A DNA stretch of 64,000 nt, taken from contig OZ244065.1 in the NCBI GenBank assembly GCA_965215505.1, positions 1,856,001 to 1,920,000 of the forward strand. Direction: 5' to 3'. Under the pieces are notes generated by a model. That model did no database searches. It was given only the letters and a program-made list of their open reading frames with translations, and was not told the origin of the DNA. A program made the position numbers and the translations under genes. Below are positions 17,490 to 28,511 of this stretch, in pieces. This DNA is from Capsulimonadaceae bacterium. GTDB taxonomy: Bacteria > Armatimonadota > Armatimonadia > Armatimonadales > Capsulimonadaceae. The number at the start of each line of letters is the position of its first letter. Position 1 is the first letter of the stretch.

Positions 17490-20400
17490 GGTACTGATCG
17501 CCAACCGGGGTGCCATTGCCTGCCGGATCATCCGCACACTGCGGACACTGGGCATAGGGTCGGTCGCCGTCTACTCCGACGCCGACTGCCACTCCCTGCA
17601 CGTCTCGCAGGCGGACGAGGCGGTTTGCATCGGGCCGGCCCCGGCAGCACAGAGCTACCTGTCTATCGAGGCGATCTTGCAGGCCGCCCGCCGAACCGGG
17701 GCGGAGGCGATCCATCCGGGATATGGTTTCCTGAGCGAGAAGCCGGAGTTCGCCGACGCCTGCGAGGCATCGGGGATCGAATTCATCGGCCCGACGGGGG
17801 CGCAGATGCGGGCATTCGCCCTGAAACACGCCGCCCGCGCGACGGCTGAAGGGTTGGGCGTCCCCCTGCTGCCGGGGACGGGCCTGCTGCGCGGTCTGCC
17901 GGAGGCGCGGGCGGCGGCCCAGAGCATCGGCTACCCGCTGATGCTGAAAAGCACGGCGGGCGGCGGCGGCATCGGCATCCGCCTGTGCAATGGCCCCGAA
18001 GAACTAGATGAAGCCTGGGACGCCGTGCAGCGCCAGGGGGAGGCCAGTTTCGGCGACGGCGGCGCGTTCCTGGAACGCTTCATCGCGCGGGCGCGGCACA
18101 TCGAAGTGCAGATATTCGGCGATGGGAAGGGCGGGGTCGTTGCCCTAGGCGAGCGGGACTGCTCGGCCCAGCGCCGGAACCAGAAGGTGATCGAGGAGAC
18201 GCCCGCGCCCGGCATCTCGCCCGAGACCCGTGCCCGGCTGTGCGCCTCCGCCGTGCGTCTGGGCGAGGCAGTTCAGTACCGCTCGGCGGGGACCGTCGAG
18301 TTCGTCTACGACGAAGCGGCGGGCGAGTTCTACTTCCTGGAGGTCAACACGCGCCTCCAAGTGGAACACGGCGTCACCGAGGAAGTGACCGGCATTGACT
18401 TGGTGGCGTGGATGGTGCTGCAAGCCTCCGGCGACCTGCCGCCGCTTTCGTCTTTTACCATCAGCCCACGGGGCCACTCGTTCGAGGCCCGGATCTATGC
18501 CGAGGACGCCGGGCGCGGCTTCCAGCCGAGCATCGGCCGCCTGACGCACGTCCGATTTCCCGACACGGCGCGGGTGGAAACGTGGGTCGAGGCGGGGACG
18601 GAGATCACCCCTTATTACGACCCGATGGTCGCCAAGCTGATCGTGCATGGCGCGGACCGGCCGCAGGCTTTGGCTGCCCTGCGAGATGCGCTGGGCCGGA
18701 CGCAGCTTGCGGGCATCGAAACCAATCTGGATTATCTTCGCAAGTTCTGCGTTGCGCCCGCGTTTGCCGAAGGCGCGGTCATGACTTCATTCCTCTCCCG
18801 GTTTCCCTATCAGCGCACGGCCATAGAAGTCATCGCGGGCGGGACGCAGACGACGGTGCAGGACACGCCGGGGCGGCTGGGATATTGGAACGTCGGCGTG
18901 CCGCCGTCAGGTCCGATGGACGGCCTGGCCCTACGGCTGGCGAACCGTCTGGTCGGAAATGAGGCGGGAGCGGCGGGCCTGGAGATGGCGGTGAGCGGCC
19001 CGACCTTGCGCTTCGGCTGCGAGGCGGTCATCGCGCTGGTCGGCGCACCGATGGAGGCGACATTGGACGGTGAACCCGTCCCCTTCCGGCAGGCGGTCCG
19101 CGTGGCGGCGGGCGCAACTCTGAAGATCGGCATCGCGAACGGACCGGGCCTGCGGGCCTACCTTGCGGTCGGCGGCGGGCTGGAAGTCGGCGAGTATCTG
19201 GGCAGCCTCAGCACGTTCATGCTGGGCGGCTTCGGGGGGCATGACGGGCGCGCGCTGCGCCCCGGCGATGTCGTCCACCTCAAAACACCGGGCGCGGGCA
19301 TGGACCGGGTGGGAACGGCGCTGCCGCCGGCCCTGACGCCGGCCTACACGGATGCCTGGCGCATCGGCGTCCTGTACGGGCCGCACGGGTCGCCCGACTT
19401 CTTCCGGGACGACGACATCGCCATGATCTTCGGCACCGACTGGAAGGTGCATCACCAGTCGGACCGGACCGGCATCCGGCTGATCGGCCCGAAGCCGCAA
19501 TGGGCCAGGCTTGACGGCGGCGAGGCGGGCCTGCACCCATCCAATATCCACGACAATGCCTACGCCATTGGGACGGTGGACTTCACCGGCGACATGCCCA
19601 TCTTGCTCGGCCCGGATGGTCCCAGCCTGGGCGGCTTCGTCTGCCCCGCGACAATCATCCACGCGGAGCTATGGAAGATGGGCCAGCTCCGGCCCGGCGA
19701 CACGGTGCGCTTCCAGGCCGTGACGGCGGCCCAGGCAGACGACATGGCGCGGCAGCTCGACGAAGCCGTCGCCTCGCTCCGGTCCCCTCTGCCCTCGCTG
19801 CCCCCGCCCGTCGTTCAGCCGCCCGAGCCGGCGATCCTCGCTTCTCGTCCGGCCACGGAGAATGCGCCAACAGTCGTCACGCGCGCCGACGGGGACCGCT
19901 CCCTGCTGGTGGAGTTCGGGCCGAACGTGTTAGACCTGTCCCTGCGCCTCCGGGTCCACGCGCTGGAGGCCACGCTCCGCGCGATGCATCTGCCGGGCAT
20001 CGTTGACATCACGGCGGGAGTTCGCAGCCTGCAAGTGCATTACGACACGAGCCGTCTCCCGCGCGAGGCGCTTCTGGAAGCCTTGCGGGCGGCGGAGCAG
20101 GCGATACCCGCTGACCTGGACATCACGGTGCCGTCGCGCACCCTGCACCTCCCGCTGTCGTGGGACGACCCGCAGACGCGGCTGGCGGCGGAGAAGTACA
20201 TGCAGACGGTCCGCCCCGATGCGCCCTGGTGCCCGGACAACATCGAGTTCATCCGCCGCATCAACGGGCTAGGCTCGGTGGACGACGTGCAGAAGATCAT
20301 CTTCGATGCAGGTTATCTCGTGCTGGGCCTGGGCGACGTTTACCTCGGGGCGCCCGTGGCGACGCCCACGGACCCCCGGCACCGGCTGGTCACGACCAAG

Positions 20401-21090
20401 TACAACCCCGCGCGCACCTGGACGCCGCAGAACGCTGTCGGCATCGGCGGCGCGTACATGTGCATCTACGGCATGGAGGGGCCGGGCGGCTATCAGCTCT
20501 TCGGGCGGACCACGCAGGTCTGGAATACTTTCAAAAGTACGCGGGAGTTCGAGCCGGGGACGCCGTGGCTGCTGCGCCCCTTCGACCGAATACGGTTCTA
20601 TCCCGTCAGCGCCGCCGAGCTGCTGGAGATGCGCGACGCTTTCCCGCACGGCGAAATGTCCTTGGCGATCGAGCCGGGCGAGTTCAGTTACCGCGAGTAT
20701 CTGGCGTTCCTGGACTCGATCAAGGACGAGGCGGAGGTCAGCCGGGCGCGTCAGCGGGAGGCGTTTGAGGCCGAGCGCGCCCGCTGGGCCGAGGCGGGGC
20801 AGACAGCAGGATTTGACGCTGAACAGGGCGACGCCGGCCCGCTGGCAGGTGGCGAGATACCGGAGGGCTGCGAGGCAGTGCCCTCCCCAATGACGTCGAG
20901 CGTCTGGAAGGTCCTGGTGGAGCCGGGGCAGCGCGTCGGCGCGGGCGAGACGCTGCTGGTGCTGTCGGCCATGAAGGTCGAGTGGGCGGTGACTGCTCCC
21001 AGTGAGGGCATCATTGAGGAAGTGCTGGCGCGGCCTGACGCGCTCGTGATGCACGGGCAGGCCCTCGTCATCCTGCGGACTGGAGACTGA
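17479..21090 (+). CDS. uca: Urea/guanidine carboxylase (biotin carboxylase + carboxyltransferase + biotin carrier)
   Basis: [51 protein letters not shown], biotinylation motif AMKV. Confidence 0.95.
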   Translation: MFRKVLIANRGAIACRIIRTLRTLGIGSVAVYSDADCHSLHVSQADEAVCIGPAPAAQSYLSIEAILQAARRTGAEAIHPGYGFLSEKPEFADACEASGIEFIGPTGAQMRAFALKHAARATAEGLGVPLLPGTGLLRGLPEARAAAQSIGYPLMLKSTAGGGGIGIRLCNGPEELDEAWDAVQRQGEASFGDGGAFLERFIARARHIEVQIFGDGKGGVVALGERDCSAQRRNQKVIEETPAPGISPETRARLCASAVRLGEAVQYRSAGTVEFVYDEAAGEFYFLEVNTRLQVEHGVTEEVTGIDLVAWMVLQASGDLPPLSSFTISPRGHSFEARIYAEDAGRGFQPSIGRLTHVRFPDTARVETWVEAGTEITPYYDPMVAKLIVHGADRPQALAALRDALGRTQLAGIETNLDYLRKFCVAPAFAEGAVMTSFLSRFPYQRTAIEVIAGGTQTTVQDTPGRLGYWNVGVPPSGPMDGLALRLANRLVGNEAGAAGLEMAVSGPTLRFGCEAVIALVGAPMEATLDGEPVPFRQAVRVAAGATLKIGIANGPGLRAYLAVGGGLEVGEYLGSLSTFMLGGFGGHDGRALRPGDVVHLKTPGAGMDRVGTALPPALTPAYTDAWRIGVLYGPHGSPDFFRDDDIAMIFGTDWKVHHQSDRTGIRLIGPKPQWARLDGGEAGLHPSNIHDNAYAIGTVDFTGDMPILLGPDGPSLGGFVCPATIIHAELWKMGQLRPGDTVRFQAVTAAQADDMARQLDEAVASLRSPLPSLPPPVVQPPEPAILASRPATENAPTVVTRADGDRSLLVEFGPNVLDLSLRLRVHALEATLRAMHLPGIVDITAGVRSLQVHYDTSRLPREALLEALRAAEQAIPADLDITVPSRTLHLPLSWDDPQTRLAAEKYMQTVRPDAPWCPDNIEFIRRINGLGSVDDVQKIIFDAGYLVLGLGDVYLGAPVATPTDPRHRLVTTKYNPARTWTPQNAVGIGGAYMCIYGMEGPGGYQLFGRTTQVWNTFKSTREFEPGTPWLLRPFDRIRFYPVSAAELLEMRDAFPHGEMSLAIEPGEFSYREYLAFLDSIKDEAEVSRARQREAFEAERARWAEAGQTAGFDAEQGDAGPLAGGEIPEGCEAVPSPMTSSVWKVLVEPGQRVGAGETLLVLSAMKVEWAVTAPSEGIIEEVLARPDALVMHGQALVILRTGD

Positions 21091-21091
21091 C

Positions 21092-22903
21092 TTGGACACT
21101 CTCAGGCTGGACCTGACCGCCCTGCGCGCGGCTTATGATTGCGGCGAGACGCCCGCCTCGGTTCTGGACCAGGTGTATGCACGCATCGAGGGGGCTGACC
21201 TGAACCCGGTCTGGATCTCACTCGTACCCCGCGAGACGGTGATGGCGCGGGCCGCAGAGATCATGCGCGGCGACCGGGCGACGCTTCCACTCTACGGCGT
21301 CCCGTTCGCCGTCAAGGACAACATGGACGTGGCCGGAATGGAGACGACGGCGGCCTGCCCCGCATTCGCCTACACCGCCGAAGAGACGGCGACGGTCGTA
21401 AAGCGCTTGGAAGAGGCGGGGGCGATCCTCGTCGGTAAAACGAACATGGACCAGTTCGCGACGGGTCTGGTCGGGGTGCGATCCCCTTATGGGGCCTGTT
21501 CCAGCGTCTTCGACGACCGCTGCGTCTCGGGCGGGTCGAGTTCCGGGTCGGCGGTGGCCGTCGCGAGCGGGCTGGTCAGTTTTGCGCTCGGCACAGACAC
21601 CGCCGGGTCAGGGCGCGTCCCCGCCGCCCTCAACAATCTGGTCGGCCTGAAGCCGACGCGCGGCAGCCTCAGCGCAAGCGGCGTCGTCCCGGCCTGCCGC
21701 TCGCTCGACTGCGTCTCGATCTTCGCGCTGACGGCGGACGATGCCGGTCAGGTCTTCGAGGCGGCGCGCGGCTTCGACGCAGCCGACCCCTACTCCCGCC
21801 GGTCGGCAGGCGAGGATGCCCCGTCCCCCTGGCTCGGCGGCCCGTTCCGCTTCGGCGTACCCCACCAAGAGCAGTGGGAGTTCTTCGGCGACGGCGAGGC
21901 AAAGGAGCTGTACGAAGCCTCTATTCGTGCCCTGGAGGCGCTGGGCGGCGTCGCCGTGCCGTTCGACTTTGGCCCGTTCCAGGAGGCCGTCGCGCTGCTC
22001 TACTCCGGCCCCTGGGTGGCCGAGCGCCAAGCCGCACTGGGGGAGTTTTTCGCCGCACACGCCGAGGACGTTCACCCGGTCGTGCGCGGCATCATCGCGG
22101 GCGGCGCGAAGTTCAGCGCCGCCGACGGCTTCCTCGCCCAGTACCGTTTGGAAGAGCTGCGGCGGCGGACGGACGCGGTCTGGGAGGCATCGGACCTGCT
22201 GCTGATGCCCACGACGGGGACGACGTACACGCTGGCGGAAGTCGAGGCCGAGCCGGTGCGGCTGAACACGAACCTGGGCCATTACACCAACTTCGTCAAC
22301 CTGCTCGACCTGGCCGCCGTCGCGCTGCCCGCCGGGTTCCGCCCGGATGGCCTGCCGTTCGGCGTTTCGCTCATCGGGCGGGCGCGCACGGACCGGGCGC
22401 TGCTGTCGGTCGCCGACCGGCTGCACCGGCACTCGGGAGGCATAGTCGGCGGCCTCACGACATTGCTGGCCGAAACCGCGCCCTTGACGCCGCCGCTCGC
22501 GCCGCCGGGATGCACTTTGCTGGCGGTCGTCGGCGCGCACCTGACCGGGCAGCCCTTGAACCGGCAGTTGACGGAGCGCGGGGCGCGGCTGTCGGCGACT
22601 ACGAAGACCGCGAGCGGCTACCGGCTGTACGCGCTGCCCGACACGACCCCGGCGAAGCCCGGCCTGGTGCGCGCCCCCGGCTTCGAGGGTGCGGGCATCG
22701 AGGTGGAGGTCTGGGCCATTGCGACTTCCCACTTCGGCAGTTTCGTCGCCGCCATCCCCGCGCCGCTCGGCATCGGCAGCGTGGAACTGGCGGGCGGGGC
22801 GGTCGTGAAGGGGTTCGTCTGCGAGCCGTTCGCGGTGGCATCGGCGACCGAGATCACGCATTTCGGCGGGTGGCGGGCTTATCTCGCCTCCGCTCGGGCA
22901 TGA
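21092..22903 (+). CDS. atzF: Allophanate hydrolase
   Basis: Amidase signature VKDNMD, GGSSSGSA, GTDTAGSGRVPA; C-terminal VVGAHL...GFVCE domain. Confidence 0.95.
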   Translation: MDTLRLDLTALRAAYDCGETPASVLDQVYARIEGADLNPVWISLVPRETVMARAAEIMRGDRATLPLYGVPFAVKDNMDVAGMETTAACPAFAYTAEETATVVKRLEEAGAILVGKTNMDQFATGLVGVRSPYGACSSVFDDRCVSGGSSSGSAVAVASGLVSFALGTDTAGSGRVPAALNNLVGLKPTRGSLSASGVVPACRSLDCVSIFALTADDAGQVFEAARGFDAADPYSRRSAGEDAPSPWLGGPFRFGVPHQEQWEFFGDGEAKELYEASIRALEALGGVAVPFDFGPFQEAVALLYSGPWVAERQAALGEFFAAHAEDVHPVVRGIIAGGAKFSAADGFLAQYRLEELRRRTDAVWEASDLLLMPTTGTTYTLAEVEAEPVRLNTNLGHYTNFVNLLDLAAVALPAGFRPDGLPFGVSLIGRARTDRALLSVADRLHRHSGGIVGGLTTLLAETAPLTPPLAPPGCTLLAVVGAHLTGQPLNRQLTERGARLSATTKTASGYRLYALPDTTPAKPGLVRAPGFEGAGIEVEVWAIATSHFGSFVAAIPAPLGIGSVELAGGAVVKGFVCEPFAVASATEITHFGGWRAYLASARA

Positions 22904-23004
22904 GGCGGCCCCGGCTTCCGGGCGAGACGTGCGTTGTCCGCCCGTACTTGGGGTAAGACGAAGACGCCGGGCGATCCGTCCCGCCCGCAGGAGAGGAAGA
23001 CCCC

Positions 23005-23838
23005 ATGTTCATTCGCCTTGGCTACGAGATCGTGTTTGACGTCCCGAGACCCCTCCCCATGATCCTCCTGCTGCACACGCTGCCCGACCGGGCGGCGGAT
23101 CTGCGCCAGCCGGAGCGGCTGCGGGTTTCGCCGGAGACGCCCACCACGGAGTTCATAGACCGCTTCGGCAACCGCTGTACGCGCCTGCTCGCGCCCCCCG
23201 GCGAGCTGCGCCTGTGCAGCGACTTCGTCATCGAAGACAGCGGGCTGGTCCTGCCAATCAAGATGGACGCCATCCAGCACGAAGTCGAGGACCTGCCTAA
23301 TGAGTGCCTGGAGTTCCTTCTGCCCAGCCGCTACTGCGAGGTGGACAAGATGGGCGACATCGCCTGGGAGCTGTTCGGGCACTTCCCGCGCGGCTGGGCG
23401 TGTGTCCAGGCGGTCTGCGACTGGGTTTTTGCGAACGTCGAGTTCGGCTACCAGTATGCCCGGCCAACCAAGAGCGCCTACGACGTCTACGAGGAGCGGC
23501 GGGGCGTCTGCCGCGACCTGACGCACCTGGCCGTCACCTTCTGCCGCGCCCTGGGCATCCCCGCCCGCTATGCGACGGGCTATCTGGGGGACATCGGCGT
23601 GCCGACGGACGTGAACCCGATGGACTTCAGCGCCTGTTTCCAGGTCTATCTGGGCGGCGAGTGGCACCTGTTCGACGCCCGCCACAACGTCCGGCGCGTC
23701 GGCTGGGTGCTGATGGCGACCGGGCGGGACGCCGCCGACTGCGCCCTGACGACCTCCTACGGTTCAAACACGCTCAAGAAGTTCACCGTGTTCGCCGACG
23801 AGGTTTCCTCGCCCGACCTGCCGCAGCCCCGCTGCTGA
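23005..23838 (+). CDS. Transglutaminase-like family protein
   Basis: LLPSRYCE, GVCRDLTHL, PARYATGY, MDFSA, FDAR, GRDAAD. Confidence 0.9.
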   Translation: MFIRLGYEIVFDVPRPLPMILLLHTLPDRAADLRQPERLRVSPETPTTEFIDRFGNRCTRLLAPPGELRLCSDFVIEDSGLVLPIKMDAIQHEVEDLPNECLEFLLPSRYCEVDKMGDIAWELFGHFPRGWACVQAVCDWVFANVEFGYQYARPTKSAYDVYEERRGVCRDLTHLAVTFCRALGIPARYATGYLGDIGVPTDVNPMDFSACFQVYLGGEWHLFDARHNVRRVGWVLMATGRDAADCALTTSYGSNTLKKFTVFADEVSSPDLPQPRC

Positions 23839-23850
23839 AGGCGTCCGGAC

Positions 23851-25203
23851 CTAGTCGCCCGCCCCGCGCCCGAGCGCCGCCTGGAGCCGGGCGCGGGCGA
23901 TGACCAGGTCCGCCTTCGCCTGGGCCGACGTCCCCTGCGCGCGTGTCAGTGCGGAGAGGGCGTCAAGTCGTTCGGCGGTCACGGACTTGCCGGCATTGTA
24001 GCGCAGAATTGCCAGAGTGTAAGCCTCTCGGGCGGCGGCTACCCCAGCCGTCGCCGCCTGCCCCGAGGCCGTCGCCGTCTGCACTGTCAGCCAGGCCCCA
24101 GCGACCTGGCCGTCTACGGTCTGCCGGGCCTGGAGCGCGTCCGCCCGCGCCCGGTCCAGTTTAGCCTTCGCGCCGTCGGCGTCGGCCCGCCGCTGGCCCG
24201 CGTCGTAGAGCGGCAGGCTGGCCGTCAGCCCCACCGTGTACCCCACCCTTCCGACGCCCGCGCCGGTCATGGCGTCCCCCATCGCGACTCCGTACACCTG
24301 GGGGGCGTATTCGCCCCGCGCGGCACTCACCCCCGCCTGCGCCGCCTCCACCTGCCGTTGTGCCGCCGCCAATTCGGGGCGATGGGCGTCCGCTTGGAGC
24401 AGTGCCTCTTGAAGCGTGGCCGGGAGAGGGGCCTCTGCCGCCAAACCATCAAGCGTGTCGGACAGGGTGATCTCAGACGCCTGGGACACGCCCAACGCCG
24501 TTTTGAGGGCGATCAAGGCGAGCGCGGCGTCGTTCCGGGCGGCGAGCAGCGCCTGCCGCGCGTCCGCCTGCTCCGCCTGCTCGCGCAGCAGGTCCACGGG
24601 GGCCGAACGGCCCGCGCTCACTTTTTCCTGCGTCACGCGCACCTGCTCGTCTTCGGCGGTCAGCCGCGCCTGGGCCACGGCGACCAGGGCATCCCGGCGG
24701 ACGGCGTCGGCGTAGTCCTCGGTGACGGTTTCGGTCACGTTCAGGCGCGCGGCCTGCACGGACAGGGCGGCGGCCTCACCCTGATGCCGCGCCGAGGCCG
24801 ACGCGCCGCCCAGTCTCCCGCCGGTGAACAGCGGCACCATGAGCATGAGGTCCTGGTTGGCGAAGCCGTGCGGCGGGACCGCGAAGATGTTCTGTGGCAT
24901 GACGCCGGGCGAGGAGGTCAGGATATTGGCCGAGTCGCCCGCCGTTCCGTAGGTGGTCGCGGACAGGCTGGGCTTGGTCTGCGCCGCCGTAGACCGGGCC
25001 GAAGCGGAGGCGGAGTCCGCGTCGGCCTGTGCCTGTTTCAGCGCGGGGCTGTCGGCGGAGGCGACCGCGAGGGCGTCCCGCAGAGACAGCGCCGCGTTGT
25101 TGACAACGGGCGGGGCGGGCATGGCCTGAGCATCGGCGGCGTGGGCCATGCCGGGAAGGAGGGCCAGCACTGAGGCGGCCAGGGGCAGGAGGCGGTATTT
25201 CAA
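23851..25203 (-). CDS. TolC family outer-membrane efflux protein
   Basis: TTG start overlapping RND stop, signal peptide, two OEP repeats (PLFTGG, LPLYDAG), RPEL motif. Confidence 0.88.
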   Translation of the reverse strand: MKYRLLPLAASVLALLPGMAHAADAQAMPAPPVVNNAALSLRDALAVASADSPALKQAQADADSASASARSTAAQTKPSLSATTYGTAGDSANILTSSPGVMPQNIFAVPPHGFANQDLMLMVPLFTGGRLGGASASARHQGEAAALSVQAARLNVTETVTEDYADAVRRDALVAVAQARLTAEDEQVRVTQEKVSAGRSAPVDLLREQAEQADARQALLAARNDAALALIALKTALGVSQASEITLSDTLDGLAAEAPLPATLQEALLQADAHRPELAAAQRQVEAAQAGVSAARGEYAPQVYGVAMGDAMTGAGVGRVGYTVGLTASLPLYDAGQRRADADGAKAKLDRARADALQARQTVDGQVAGAWLTVQTATASGQAATAGVAAAREAYTLAILRYNAGKSVTAERLDALSALTRAQGTSAQAKADLVIARARLQAALGRGAGD

Positions 25204-28200
25204 GCGTAGTCCCTCTCGGTATGGACAGCGACGGGCGTCTGGACGCCAACGTCCGGGGCGGGCCGACGTCGGGTAGCCCACCGGCCGATGTCGTCCACGA
25301 TGGCGTGCATGACGGGGATGACCAGCAGGGACAGGGCCGTGCCGACGGTCAGGCCCGCGACGATCACAGTCCCCAAAGGCTGGTAGGCGTCCATGCCCGT
25401 CCTGGGGGCCAAGGCCACGGGCAGCATCGTGATGATCGTGATCAGGGCGGTCATCAGGATCGGGCGCAGTCGGTCCCGGCAGGCCAGGGCGATGGCCTCG
25501 TCGCGCGGCAGGTTCCTTTCGGCCCGACGCCGCCGGATCTGGTCAATCAACAGAATGGCGGTCGTGATGTCCATGCCGGTCAGGACGATCACGGCCATGA
25601 TGCTGACGCTGGAAAACGCCTGGTGCGCCAGCCACAGGCCGAGGAACACGCCGGTCAGCTCCAGCGGGACCGAAAGCACCATCTGGAGCGGGGCCAACGG
25701 CCCGCCGAACTGTGCGACCAGGACGAGGAAGATGAGCAGGACGGCGATCTCCAGGCCGCGCAGGAGGCGGGCGAAGCTGTCCATCATCTGGGTCATGTCC
25801 CCGCGCATCTCCAGCGAGTAGCCCGGCGGAAAGTTCAAGGCTGACGAGGCCTTCGTGATGATCGTCATGGCAAGATCCATCGAGGGCGGCCCGCCCTTGC
25901 GGTAGTAGGCCAGGACCGAAACCGAGCGCCGCAAGCCGTCGTGCTGGATCAGGGTCGGCGCGAGCTGCGAGGTCGCCGTCGCCAGCGTCTTGAGCGGCAC
26001 CTGGACGGCGTCCCCAGCCTCAGACTTACCCGTGATCGGCATCTGCATCAGGTCATAGACGGAGCGGCGCTGGATGCCCGCGTAGCGGATGTTGATGGTG
26101 TCCTGGCGGACGTTCGGCAGGCGGTAGAACTCGTCGGCCAAAGCGCCGCCCATGGCGTAGTAAGCCTGGTCGGCGACATCGGCGGGCGTCAGGCCGATCT
26201 CGGCGGCGCGGCGTGGGTCAACGGTCAGGGTATAGGACGGCTTCTCCACGGCCCATGAAGTAGAGACCTGGTACGCGCCCGGAGTCCGCCGGGCGACGTC
26301 CGCCACCTGGCCGGCCAGCTTGGACAGGACGTTCAGGTCGGGTCCTGTGACCAGGACTGTCACGGGGGCTTCGGAGGAGGCCATGACGTCGCTGCCCATC
26401 TCTTTGATCTGGAGGCGGCGGACGTTCGGGATCGTCGCCAGGGCCTCTTTTTGCACGGCGTCAATCACCTGCCAGACGGTGGCGGCGCGGGCATCCTTAT
26501 CCGAGAGCGTGATCATCATGGTGGCGCTGTTCACCTGGCTCATTGCGTAGCCGGTGAAATAGGTCCCGCCCGGCTCCGCCCCGATCTCAGTAGACACCTT
26601 CTCGATCTCACGGTGACGCAACATGATCTTTTCCAGGGCGTTCGTCGCCGCCTGGGTCTGGGCGTAGCTTGCCCCCGGCTCCATTTCAAGCACGCCATAG
26701 GCCTGCCCGACATCGGCCAGCGGCATCATCTCGCTCCCGATGAAGTGGTAGAAGCCGAAGCCGACGATGATGGTGCAGACGGCGGCGGCCACGACGGAGA
26801 ACTTGTTGCGGAGCAGCAAGCGGACCAGGCCCTGGTAGCGGTCGTCCAGGCGGCCCAGCCCGCGCTGCGTGGGGGCCAATACGCTCCGGGCGAACCAGCC
26901 GCGCCGTTCCAGGGCGTCCTCCTGCCGCAGCAGTTTCGAGGCCAGCACGGCGGTCAGGGTCAGGGACACGAGGAACGAGGCGATCAGCCCAAAGATGATG
27001 GGGTAGACCAGCCCGACGAACATGAGCTGTGTGATGCCCCCGCAGAAGACCAGCGGCAGCAGGGCCAGGACGAGCATGAGGGTGGAGGCGGCCACGGCCA
27101 GTCGCACCTCGGTGATGCCGTCAACCGTGGCTGTCTTCGGGTCCTTACCCATCTTCAGGTGCCGCTCGACGGCATGGATGTCAATGACCGAGTCGTCCAC
27201 GAGCCGCCCGATGGACACGAGCAGGCCGATCAGGGTGGAGGAGTTCAGGCTGAAGCCGAACGGGACCATGAGCAGGATCGCCATCGCCATCGAGACGGGG
27301 ATAGTGATGACCGAGATCAGGGTCGCCCGCCCGCTGCCGAGGAAGAACAGGACGGCCAGGCCGCACAGCCCGATCGCCACGGCCAGCTCCTCGCCGGTGT
27401 TGTGGAACAGGATGTTGACGAAGTGGGCGTTGTCGTAGGCGACCCGGAAGTGCAGGCCGGGGTGGTCCGATTCGAGCGGAGTCACCTGCGCCTGCACGGC
27501 GGCGATGACGGGCGGCGAGCCGGCGGCGGGGTCCTGGATGACGGCCATTTCCACCGCGCTGTTTCCCAGGCCCTCGATCGTGTGACGCTGCCCGTCTACG
27601 AACTCGTAGCCGCTGCGCTGCTCGCGGGCGTCGTCCGTGACGGCCGCCACGTCCCGGAGGTAGACGACTCGGCCGTCCTTCGCCCCGAGCGGGTAGTCTG
27701 CGACGGTCTGCGCGTTCTGGGCAAGGCCCGCGACGCGGACGATGCTCTCGTTCAGCCCGCCGGTCAGTACGCCTGCGGGTTTGGCAACCGAATTCTTGTC
27801 TACGGCGTCGCGCACGTCCAGGATGGAGTAGCCGTAGGCGGCCAATTTGTCCCGGTTGACGACGATGCGGAGCTGCCGTTTCAGTCCGCCGTACACCTCG
27901 ACCGACTGCACATTCGGCACCTGCTTGAGCGCGCGCACGCCCTCGTTCTCGGCGAACTGGCGCAGGGCCGTTTGCGTCCAGCCCTTGTCCGGGTCGCCGG
28001 TCAGCGAGAGGGACAGGACGGGGATGTTGAGCGGGTCAATCGGCAGCACCCAGGACGGTTTGAGGTTCGCGCCGGTCTGCGGCAGGTCCGCCTGGGCGGC
28101 GTTCATGACCGATTGCACGTCCGCCTGCGCCTTCTTCATGTCGGTGCCGTAAGGGAACTCCAAAGACACGATACTCAGGCCGTCCTGTGATGTAGAGCGG

Positions 28201-28511
28201 ACGTAGCGCGCGCCGCGTATGTCGGTCATGCGCTCCTCGATGGGTTTGGAGATGTAGGTTTCCATCTCCTGCGCCGACAGTCCGGGCTGCATGGTGACGA
28301 TGCCGACCAGGGGCGACTCGACGTAGGGCATCATGCGTCGGGGCATGACGCCGCCGAAGACGGCCCAGAGCGCCAGCAGGACGACGGCGGCATAGAAAGC
28401 GATCACCACCCAGGGGTGCCGGATGGCCCAGGCCGAGACGTTAAAGCCGCGCGAAGCCTTGCCGTTCGGGGAGTGCCCATTGCGAAGTCCGTTCGTGTTC
28501 TGCATCATCAT
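25200..28511 (-). CDS. RND efflux permease (AcrB/CusA/CzcA superfamily)
   Basis: Two 6-TM halves with large periplasmic loops; GRLVDDSVI, RLRPILMT. Confidence 0.93.
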   Translation of the reverse strand: MMMQNTNGLRNGHSPNGKASRGFNVSAWAIRHPWVVIAFYAAVVLLALWAVFGGVMPRRMMPYVESPLVGIVTMQPGLSAQEMETYISKPIEERMTDIRGARYVRSTSQDGLSIVSLEFPYGTDMKKAQADVQSVMNAAQADLPQTGANLKPSWVLPIDPLNIPVLSLSLTGDPDKGWTQTALRQFAENEGVRALKQVPNVQSVEVYGGLKRQLRIVVNRDKLAAYGYSILDVRDAVDKNSVAKPAGVLTGGLNESIVRVAGLAQNAQTVADYPLGAKDGRVVYLRDVAAVTDDAREQRSGYEFVDGQRHTIEGLGNSAVEMAVIQDPAAGSPPVIAAVQAQVTPLESDHPGLHFRVAYDNAHFVNILFHNTGEELAVAIGLCGLAVLFFLGSGRATLISVITIPVSMAMAILLMVPFGFSLNSSTLIGLLVSIGRLVDDSVIDIHAVERHLKMGKDPKTATVDGITEVRLAVAASTLMLVLALLPLVFCGGITQLMFVGLVYPIIFGLIASFLVSLTLTAVLASKLLRQEDALERRGWFARSVLAPTQRGLGRLDDRYQGLVRLLLRNKFSVVAAAVCTIIVGFGFYHFIGSEMMPLADVGQAYGVLEMEPGASYAQTQAATNALEKIMLRHREIEKVSTEIGAEPGGTYFTGYAMSQVNSATMMITLSDKDARAATVWQVIDAVQKEALATIPNVRRLQIKEMGSDVMASSEAPVTVLVTGPDLNVLSKLAGQVADVARRTPGAYQVSTSWAVEKPSYTLTVDPRRAAEIGLTPADVADQAYYAMGGALADEFYRLPNVRQDTINIRYAGIQRRSVYDLMQMPITGKSEAGDAVQVPLKTLATATSQLAPTLIQHDGLRRSVSVLAYYRKGGPPSMDLAMTIITKASSALNFPPGYSLEMRGDMTQMMDSFARLLRGLEIAVLLIFLVLVAQFGGPLAPLQMVLSVPLELTGVFLGLWLAHQAFSSVSIMAVIVLTGMDITTAILLIDQIRRRRAERNLPRDEAIALACRDRLRPILMTALITIITMLPVALAPRTGMDAYQPLGTVIVAGLTVGTALSLLVIPVMHAIVDDIGRWATRRRPAPDVGVQTPVAVHTERDYA

